Assembly: GCA_030141605.1 (NCBI GenBank)
Contig: JAQGDQ010000303.1
Location: forward strand, 218,858 to 282,857
Reading direction: 5' to 3'
Length of the DNA: 64,000 nucleotides
Origin: Tubiluchus corallicola
Taxonomy: Eukaryota > Animalia > Priapulida
Made by a program: the position numbers and the translations under genes
In this document: one piece after another, positions 54,775 to 64,000 of the stretch
Layout of the letters: each line of letters begins with the position of its first letter
Position numbering within the stretch: position 1 is the stretch's first letter
Notes under the pieces: model-generated
The model's database searches: none
The model's input: the letters and a program-made list of their open reading frames with translations, nothing else
Told to the model about the DNA's origin: nothing

Positions 54775-54830
<56 letters not shown>
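54728..54830. repeat. (GT)n/(GCGT)n microsatellite
   Basis: Direct reading. Confidence 0.97.
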
Positions 54831-54831
<1 letters not shown>

Positions 54832-54861
54832 TGTAGGTAAAATGCAGCAGGTAAATGAGAT

Positions 54862-55116
54862 ACTAAGTAATATCGATTTGCACGGAGTGTTTTGGGACAT
54901 AATTTAACATTGCCTTTTCTTCCCCTGATTTACGTTTGCGTAGTGACGTCATGTAATGGCGCCGTTGGAACAGTATTGCGGGAGATTTAAAATGAAAACA
55001 AACAAAAATTCCTTTCCACGCGAATACGATATACGCATCATAAAATTGTTGTAAAGTATTATAATTTTCAAGGCGATTTTTCTGAAATCTACTTCAGGTG
55101 CTCCTTTTCTTGTCCT
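54862..55116 (+). mobile_element. Partial second copy of the 44-726 element (right end)
   Basis: Clear alignment to 472-726, ending in the same TTTTCTTGTCCT|TTAA. Confidence 0.8.
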
Positions 55117-55835
55117 TTAACATATGCTGATCAGCCAATATCTGTTACTATAAGCGGCTCTTGTCGACGCAATATTGTGCAAATTCTAAATCTCCTAATC
55201 CCGCCTTCGTCCTGAGACATCGTCGCTAACAAAGAATCCTTAAAATTTCGTTGTTTTCCCTGACGAATTTGTTCTCAGTCGAAATTGGATTTGCGACCGA
55301 TGGTTTAGCACTAGTAACGTTTCGTTCTAACAGCCCGTCATTTTGTTCCCATGTTGTGACAAATTCAATTTGTTCCACTCGCGCGAGTTTGCGGAATACA
55401 AAGCAGGCGCGAAAGCAACCGAGAAATGCGCCAGAACATGCCGTAAGTGCGTCCTTACGTAACTTACAAAGCACGGTGCAATTGGAGACTTAATTGACGA
55501 ATGTTAAAGTCTTTTATAAATAGCTGACGTGTCGGTTTACAACGACTAAACTATTTTAGTTAAAAACAAGTCAAAAAAGAACGAATGCAAAAATGCCATT
55601 TCACTAAGTGCATAAATTAAATGGCATTTTATTAAATCAATAAAAACTAAATTATGGCAAATACTCAAGGTAAATGTTGTTGACCTTGACCTTGACCTTT
55701 CCTTGACCTTTTTCCATTTCCAATAAATTTCTTAATTAAGCCCAGAATTACATACCGATTAAAACCAAAAAGACAAACCTTGATGCTTTTCAGTACATGT
55801 TTGTTCATGAATAAGCATTTTCAAACAGATAACTT

Positions 55836-57425
55836 TTCAGAGCACGTGTTTGTGAATTGTACGAGTGAGAAATTCTACTACATATAACTCTTCAGAACAC
55901 GTGCTTGTAAACTGTACGAGTGAGAAATTCTACTACATATAACTCTTCAGAGCACGTGTTTGTGAACTGTACGTGTGAGAAATTCTACTACATATAACTC
56001 TTCAGAGCACGTGTTTGTGAATTGTACGAGTGAGAATTTCTACTACATGTAAGTCTTCAGAGCACGTGTTTGTGAACTGTACGTGTGAGAAATTCTACTA
56101 CATATAACTCTTCAGAGCACGTGTTTGTAAACTGTACCTGTGAGAAATTCTACTACATGTAAGTCTTCAGAACACGTGCTTGTAAACTGTACGTGTGAGA
56201 AATTCTACTACATGTAACTCTTCAGAGCACGTGTTTGTGAACTGTACGTGTGAGAAATTCTACTACATATAACTCTTTAGAGCACGTGTTTGTGAATTGT
56301 ACGAGTGAGAAATTCTACTACATATAACTCTTCAGAGCACGTGATTGTGAACTGTACGTGTGAGAAATTCTACTACATGTAACTCTTCAGAGCACGTGTT
56401 TGTAAACTGTACGAGTGAGAAATTCTACTACATATAACTCTTCAGAGCACGTGATTGTAAACTGTACGTGTGAGAAATTCTACTACATGTAACTCTTCAG
56501 AGCACGTGTTTGTGAACTGTACGAGTGAGAAATTCTACTACATGTAACTCTTCAGAGCACGTGTTTGTGAACTGTACGTGTGAGAAATTCTACTACATGT
56601 AACTCTTCAGAGCACGCGTTTGTAAACTGTACGAGTGAGAAATTCTACTACATATAACTCTTCAGAGCACGTGATTGTAAACTGTACGTGTGAGAAATTC
56701 TACTACATATAACTCTTCAGAGCACGTGTTTGTGAACTGTACGTGTGAGAAATTCTACTACATATAACTCTTCAGAGCACGTGTTTGTGAACTGTACGTG
56801 TGAGAAGTTCTACTACATATAACTCTTCAGAGCACGTGTTTGTGAACTGTACGAGTGAGAAATTCTACTACATATAACTCTTCAGAGCACGTGATTGTAA
56901 ACTGTACGTGTGAGAAATTCTACTACATGTAACTCTTCAGAGCACGTGTTTGTGAACTGTACGAGTGAGAAATTCTACTACATGTAACTCTTCAGAGCAC
57001 GTGTTTGTGAACTGTACGTGTGAGAAATTCTACTACATGTAACTCTTCAGAGCACGCGTTTGTAAACTGTACGAGTGAGAAATTCTACTACATATAACTC
57101 TTCAGAGCACGTGATTGTAAACTGTACGTGTGAGAAATTCTACTACATATAACTCTTCAGAGCACGTGTTTGTGAATTGTACGAGTGAGAAATTCTACTA
57201 CATATAACTCTTCAGAGCACGTGTTTGTGAACTGTACGTGTGAGAAATTCTACTACATGTAAGTCTTCAGAGCACGTGTTTGTGAACTATACGTGTGAGA
57301 AATTCTACTACATGTAAGTCTTCAGAGCACGTGTTTGTGAACTGTACGTGTGAGAAATTCTACTACATGTAAGTCTTCAGAGCACGCGTTTGTGAACTGT
57401 ACGAGTGAGAAATTCTACTACATGT
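55836..57425. repeat. 55-bp minisatellite, ~29 copies
   Basis: Unit TTCAGAGCACGTGTTTGTGAACTGTACGTGTGAGAAATTCTACTACATATAACTC. Confidence 0.98.
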
Positions 57426-57988
57426 ATCTCAAGTAGATCTAAGCTATTCGCACTACAGCCGCAATTTTGAAACACAGCTTTTAAGGATCGTTTTAACACA
57501 TTTTCAAATTATTTCAGAAATTCAAAATCTATATACAGGTGCTTGTGTTTTCGAATAGCTAAAGTTTACCTTAAATGATCGACAGCAATATCTAATAGCT
57601 AAATTGGTTGATTAGATCGTTACGGTCTCCATTCGTTCGTGACTTATTTCGTTATTTAAATTATAATTCATTTCCATGGCTGACTAATTAACTATTTGCC
57701 CATCTATTTATTTATCCACAAATTTATTTCTTTTTCATTTATTATATCACAAGAATTCGAAAACAAAGGCATATATAGTCATCAGCAGTAGGATCGGAAA
57801 TTCACAAGATTTTTGGGGTCTTAATTGTACTTACACGAACTTTCTAGAAATCCTTAAAAAAATCCAAGAAAGCCTTAAAACCTGGTGAGGCATGTGACTG
57901 CTGATGACGACCATTTCGTAGTACTTCTAGTATAAAGGAATTGGCAGTGTTAAATTTCACGCCTAATTACTCATAAATAAATATGTGT

Positions 57989-58410
57989 GTTATTGTTGTT
58001 GTTCTTGGCATTCTTCTGTCTCGGAAGACAATGGAATGTGCGCCAAGAGAGTCCGATCCTTGAAGGTGTCCAGGGCGCACGCCTGGGCAAGGTGTATGGA
58101 GATCCTGAGTTGCCCAGACAACAGGAACCACCTCTCTTCCTCCCTGGTGTAATCCAAAGGAAAGCGGAGCGATACGTTTGGCACCAGGTTGGCTGCAGGA
58201 GCTGCCGGAGTCAGTGAGCATGCCGCACTGGTCCGCCTTCTAGCCGTTGGCTGCTTTTGTGCAGCTCCTCCGCCTAGTGTCGAGATACAGTGTGGACATC
58301 CGGCAAGCCTACACAGTACCTAGTATTCCTAGGCGGTCACCCATCCAAGCACTAACAATGCTCTACGTTGCTTAACTTCGGTGATCAGAAACAACGTGAT
58401 TTGGCCGTAG
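57989..58410 (-). mobile_element. 5S rRNA-derived SINE (SINE3) with RTE-like body and tail
   Basis: 58410-58305 aligns to 5S rRNA (CTACGGCCA..TCTGATC..GAAGTTAAGCA..GTTAGTGCTTGGATGGGTGACCGCCTAGGAATAC..GTAGGCTT) with a short 5' internal deletion and no poly-T terminator. A ~300-bp GC-rich body follows, ending CCATTGTCTTCCGAGACAGAAGAATGCC(AAC)n. Confidence 0.8.
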
Positions 58411-59194
58411 TATATATATATTTACTAAAATGATCAAATGAAGTGATGAAAAACCGTATTGGGAGTTAAGTAGAAAAGCACATAATAATGCAAAAACCTT
58501 TAACACTTTAGTCGCGAAGTTTTCGCTTTAGTATTCATCCATAAAGTTCTACAGAAATATTGCGTACACTAATCCACAATTCAGTTCACATTGATTTTTT
58601 ACCTCTACTTATTTACGCAAATTATTCCTAGACAATGAAATGCCAGCAAAGCTATTGTACTGTGCATTCTGAACCAGAAGTTTATCAAGAAATTCATCAC
58701 ACCTGCACACAAGGTGTATATATATATATATATATATGTAGCAAAGCAGGTAGCAGGACACTCATAACACGCAATGACCAGACTTAGTATGAACTTCCTA
58801 GAAATTCTAACTTTCGTGACACGCACGTACAGCAGGCTGGCAAGCCAAAACGCCCAATGAACCCACAATGTAAACAGATAAAGTAATTTGTATCCGAAAG
58901 CTGCCCGATTACAAGCGAGTCAGCATTTCTCAATCCGCGTTATCTTCCGGTTGAAGGATGGTCGGATTACTGCTAAATGTAAGAAAACTTTACGCACACG
59001 ACCGCAATCACTCAACCGACTTTAATCTGCAATCAATTTTGCCCTCTCTATCGGCCATCGCTTTTTCTTTGAAGACTGAGTTTTCGTCGAGAAGCGCAGA
59101 GATTTCACTCGTCCGGGTCGATCTGACTCAAGAGGACATTCATAAACAGCAATAATTACAACACCAGAGCGGCTATGAAACATTTGTTGCTGTA

Positions 59195-59436
59195 TACGTC
59201 ACAGGAGTGATGTCTCTACGTCACAGGAGTGATGTCTCTACGACACAGGAGTGATGTCTCTACGTCACATGAGTGATGTCTCTACGACACAGGAGTGATG
59301 TCTCTACGTCACATGAGTGATGTCTCTACGACACAGGAGTGATGTCTCTACGACACAGGAGTGATGTCTATACGTCACAGGAGTGATGTCTCTACGTCAC
59401 AGGAGTGATGTCTCTACGTCACAGGAGTGATGTCTC
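59195..59436. repeat. 22-bp minisatellite, ~11 copies
   Basis: TACGTCACAGGAGTGATGTCTC. Confidence 0.97.
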
Positions 59437-62018
59437 AAAGAGTGATTCTCAGCAATTGGGAAGAAAGTCAGAGGACAAATGGAAAAGAACGTACAATGTG
59501 TTAAATTTAATTTTACCAAATGCACAATATAGTTTTGCATTTATACATAAGGTCATTTTTCTGCACGCAGGGCAGAGTGGGCGTTAGAAGTGAAATGGAT
59601 GTTTTGTGTTACAAGGAATTCGTTATTCTTATTCTACGATACTGAATAAAGCATTTTTTCTGTTTCCCAACAATACGTTGAAGTTTTACGTCAAATAAGA
59701 TTCTTTGAAATACGGATTCCTCTTTTCATAACTATAATAAAAAAGAATTTTAGTTTGAGGAGAGGAGAAAAGTGACCTGCGATTCTGAGAAGTCGGAGGA
59801 CTAGAACCATACAGGGACGGATATAATTTACTATTATTGCAACCTAATAATTTTTGTTAGAAAAACTGGATAATGTTTGAAAGGCAAATACCAACGTTTC
59901 ACGTGATTGTGAACCACTAAAAATGGCAAGTGTTAAAGTTTCAGTTTTAACTGAAATCATAAAATTTACTGCAAATGATAAAAAATGGTAGTCACGGGTA
60001 AAATTTCGTATCGTAGAAAATCAAAACTATTTCGGGTCTAAAGAAATCACGAAATGATAATGAACATCAATTTATTGTACAACATAGTGTTTTTTTCGTA
60101 CAAGAATAAGTATTTCACGGGTATTACACATTTAAGTGCAAAGCAGGCATACAATTTGCTGAAAAGCCGATGTCATGTCATACGGGAAATAATATAAAGG
60201 TCTCATTTTAGAATGTAAAACAGCTTGTGTAAGGCAAAAACAATCTTATTACGTGACCGTATAATTTTTTTCAACTCGAATGCCTCGAAGGAAACAGAAT
60301 CTATGAAGCGAAATAGACAAAACATTCGAGTTTTCTGTGGAGATGAAGAGCGTGCTTTCACGACAGCACCGTCGATTCATCAGATTCATTGATTGATTGG
60401 GTACTTTGTGAATTGATACACTCGTCTCTCCTTACACCAGAACGCGCTCGTCATGGAAAAATTCCGAGTCTTCAATGCACAACTGCAGATAACAAAAACT
60501 GCGAAATCGGTTCATGGTAAATTGTCACAGAGTCTATCAGATTATCTACATATGACAAATGAATACTATCTGTCCATGTCACTGGGACGCGTGACGATCT
60601 GTCATCGCAGAAGCTTTTCATTGCTGCGCTAACAAGAGAATACCGAGTGAAAAGACCTCTTCAAAGTATTCACAGCCGGGCAATAATATTGCCATAATAA
60701 GCAATTAACAGTACACTAAGCTCTTTCAAAATCAGTGTCCATTAGTAGTAATTCGACAATAAAAACAGAAAACTAAAAGGATTGCGTTAGTGGTAGATAC
60801 AAAGAGGGCACAGGACAAAGAGAGAAGCCATCGACAATACGAACCGCCCTGGAATTCAGGTCATATGCGTTTTCATTGATTCATGAATGTAACGTCCACG
60901 CACGCAACACTAGAACCAGCGGACAATGGACAGAAGCAATTCACGCACGGACAAATCTAGGGCGATTTTTAACGCGTAACATTCTAACAAAAGCCAACAG
61001 CCACGAGCGAAGGTTCCTCAAACAGAGAGATGAATAAGTAAAGCAAACAATTACTATAATGCACAGCTTCTGCCACGCAGTTCTGTTAGGTTTAATCAGA
61101 AACAGCCAATCGCATGTATATGCACCAAACCACAGACGCGACTAACCGATAAAACACATCATCATAGCACTGCTAGCATTCTCTTAAGCCTTATATTATA
61201 CATATATTAATTCTTTATTTGTCATTAAAATGGCTCACTCATTATAATAAAATTGAGTAATCCTCAGCGTAATGTTAAAATAACAACACTGTTCAAGACA
61301 AATGCGACCAGTGCAGACTAAAAAAACTAAAGTGCAAAACTAATGCCTAATTATATACAATAAATGAACATATTTAGAAACACAATATTAAAATATTTTT
61401 ACAAAACAATATTACAAAAATACATTAAATTTTACATGACATATTTTACACTATACATACATTTAACATGACACAATTAACAGAAACATGCTTTACATTA
61501 CATAAATTGCCTTTAAAAAACAACTACGTCCATCAATTTTGCAATGAAAATATATAAAACCGAATGGTATGAAGTTATTAATAAGGTAGCCAATATAGGC
61601 CCATTGGACAACAACCTTATTTAAAATCCACAGAATGAAAAAACTTAGAGCTTTTTATCAATCATGGCAGTGGTTCTGCATAAGCAGTTTTTTCTTTACG
61701 GGATTTAACGACTTACTAATTTCTGATTGATTACTGAACGTGAATTGATTGTTGCAGCAATAAGGTTACGGTTTGACTTGAGAATGTGCTCAACTTCTAG
61801 CACTCTGACATCTTATGGTTGATCAATAATCGATTACGATGGCTTATGGTTGATCATTTATCGATTACGATTGGCTTGGTATTTCTTGTTCGATAGCAAC
61901 TCATTGTGCAAATGTTCATAATTCTGTCCATACCAACATGACGGCTAGAGCTATCTCGAGTAAGATTCACTTAGATTCCCATTTGGACATTAATACCTAT
62001 TAATACTCTTCATATAGG

Positions 62019-62089
62019 CAGTGGCCGCTCGTGTATAGGCACTGTGGTACTGCAGCACTCCCACTAATTTTAGCTACGAGCCGCCACTG
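62019..62089. mobile_element. 71-bp minimal MITE (hAT-like termini)
   Basis: CAGTGGCCGCTCGT ... ACGAGCCGCCACTG. Flanks CATATAGG/ATCATAGG look like a degenerate TSD. Confidence 0.65.
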
Positions 62090-62099
62090 ATCATAGGTG

Positions 62100-64000
62100 T
62101 TATTTCAGGTGTCACGTAAGTTTGTACTGGTAGTGGTAGTGCAAGGCAGAACTATTTCAGGTATCACGTAAGTTTGCATGGGTAATCGTAGTACAAGATA
62201 GAACTATTTCAGGTGTCACGTAAGTTTGTACTGGTAGTGGTAGTGCAAGACAGAACTATTTCAGGTATCACGTAAGTTTGCACTGGTAATCGTAGTACAA
62301 GATAGAACTATTTCAGGTGTCACGTAAGTTTGTACTGGTAGTGGTAGTGCAAGACAGAACTATTTCAGGTATCACGTAAGTTTGCATGGGTAATCGTAGT
62401 ACAAGATAGAACTATTTCAGGTGTCACGTAAGTTTGTACTGGTAGTGGTAGTGCAAGACAGAACTATTTCAGGTATCACGTAAGTTTGAGGTAATGTAGT
62501 ACAAGATAGAACTATTTCAGGTTCACGTAAGTTTGACTGGTATGGTAGTCAAGAGAACTATTTCAGGTATCACGTAAGTTTGAGGTAATGGTAGTACAAG
62601 ATAGAACTATTTCAGGTATCACGTAAGTTTGACTGGTAATGGTAGTACAAGGCAGAACTATTTCAGGTATCACGTAAGTTTGTACTGGTAGTGGTAGTGC
62701 AAGGCAGAACTATTTCGGGTATCACGTAAGTTTGTACTGGTAATGGTAGTACAAGATAGAACTATTTCAGGTATCACGTAAGTTTGTACTGGTAATGGTA
62801 GTGCAAGACAGAACTATTTCAGGTATCACGTAAGTTTGCACTGGTAATGGTAGTACAAGATAGAACTATTTCAAGAACTATTTCGGGTATCACGTAAGTT
62901 TGTACTGGTAATGGTAGTACAAGATAGAACTATTTCAGGTATCACGTAAGTTTGCACTGGTAATGGTAGTACAAGATAGAACTATTTCAAAAACAACAAC
63001 AAACACGGTATCACGTAAGTTTGTACTGGTAATGGTAGTACAAGATAGAACTATTTCAGGTATCACGTAAGTTTGTACTGGTAACGGTAGTACAAGATAA
63101 CACAACAGAACTATTTCAGGTATCACGTAAGTTTGCACTGGTAATGGTAGTACAAGATAGAACTATTTCAGGTATCACGTAAGTTTGTACTGGTAATGGT
63201 AGTGCAAGACAGAACTATTTCAGGTATCACGTAAGTTTGTACTGGTAATGGTAGTACAAGATAGAACTATTTCAGGTATCACGTAAGTTTGTACTGGTAA
63301 TGGTAGTGCAAGGCAGAACTATTTCGGGTATCACGTAAGTTTGTACTGGTAATGGTAGTACAAGATAGAACTATTTCCGGTATCACGTAAGTTTGCACTG
63401 GTAATGGTAGTACAAGATAGAACTATTTCAGATATTACGTAAGTTTGTACTGGTAGTGGTAGTGCAAGGCAGAACTATTTCGGGTATCACGTAAGTTTGT
63501 ACTGGTAATGGTAGTACAAGATAGAACTATTTCAGGTATCACGTAAGTTTGTACTGGTAACGGTAGTACAAGATGGAACTATTTCAGGTATCACGTAAGC
63601 TTGTACAGGTAATGGTAGTACAAGATAGAACTATTTCAGGTATCACGTAAGTTTGTACTGGTAACGGTAGTACAAGATGGAACTATTTCAGGTATCACGT
63701 AAGCTTGTACAGGTAATGGTAGTACAAGATAGAACTATTTCAGGTATCACGTAAGTTTGTACTGGTAACGGTAGTACAAGATGGAACTATTTCAGGTATC
63801 ACGTAAGCTTGTACAGGTAATGGTAGTACAAGATAGAACTATTTCAGGTATTACATAAGTTTGTACTGGTAATGGTAGTACAAGATAGAACTATTTCAGG
63901 TATCACGTAAGTTTGTACTGGTAGTGGTAGTGCAAGGCAGAACTATTTCGGGTATCACGTAAGTTTGTACTGATAATGGTAGTACAAGATAGAACTATTT
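62100..64000. repeat. 52-bp minisatellite, ~36 copies, runs off the window end
   Basis: Unit AGAACTATTTCAGGTATCACGTAAGTTTGTACTGGTAATGGTAGTACAAGAT. Confidence 0.98.

Noticed and set aside
55676-55712. TGACCT x4 nuclear-receptor half-site cluster
   Set aside because: TGACCTTGACC runs are common in invertebrate repeat fragments, and there is no other support.
58305-58410. Functional 5S rRNA gene
   Set aside because: It has an internal deletion, substitutions and no poly-T terminator, and is fused to a retroposon-like body.
60436-60482. 47-nt minus-strand exon candidate
   Set aside because: Weak donor (GGT|GTAAGG), and neither open frame resembles TIA-1 RRM1.
62485-62640. Shortened, apparently degenerate units in the 52-bp array
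   Set aside because: The deletions fall at the positions that vary between units, which is typical of consensus or polishing collapse. Probably an assembly artefact.
42778-64000. Regular repeat arrays as possible CRISPR
   Set aside because: Units are head-to-tail with no unique spacers, there are no cas genes, and the context is eukaryotic.

Overview
AT-rich genomic DNA from an invertebrate animal (species not determinable by eye), almost entirely non-coding. The one securely recognisable coding sequence is a 58-nt minus-strand exon at 1111-1168. It encodes EMKVNWATSPSSQPKQDTS, the RRM1 end and RRM1-RRM2 linker of a TIA-1/TIAR (Rox8)-family RNA-binding protein. I could not find the canonical upstream RRM1 exons by eye in the remaining ~63 kb. 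Instead there is a minus-strand promoter-like region at ~36.6 kb (RFX X-box, CCAAT boxes, GC-rich), a candidate first exon ending at 36283, and several very small candidate exons (25820-25829, 13603-13637, 12504-12532). Some of these join in frame to the TIA-1 exon, suggesting an RRM1-less or alternative N-terminus isoform (inference). The rest is a dense patchwork of non-autonomous DNA transposons (hAT-type with 8-bp TSDs, TTAA-type, TA foldbacks, Helentron-like), LINE 3' ends, a 5S-rRNA-headed SINE with an RTE-like body and a tRNA-derived element. There are also more than a dozen unrelated minisatellite arrays (22-135 bp units) plus microsatellites. Almost all ORFs in the supplied track are repeat-derived or spurious.
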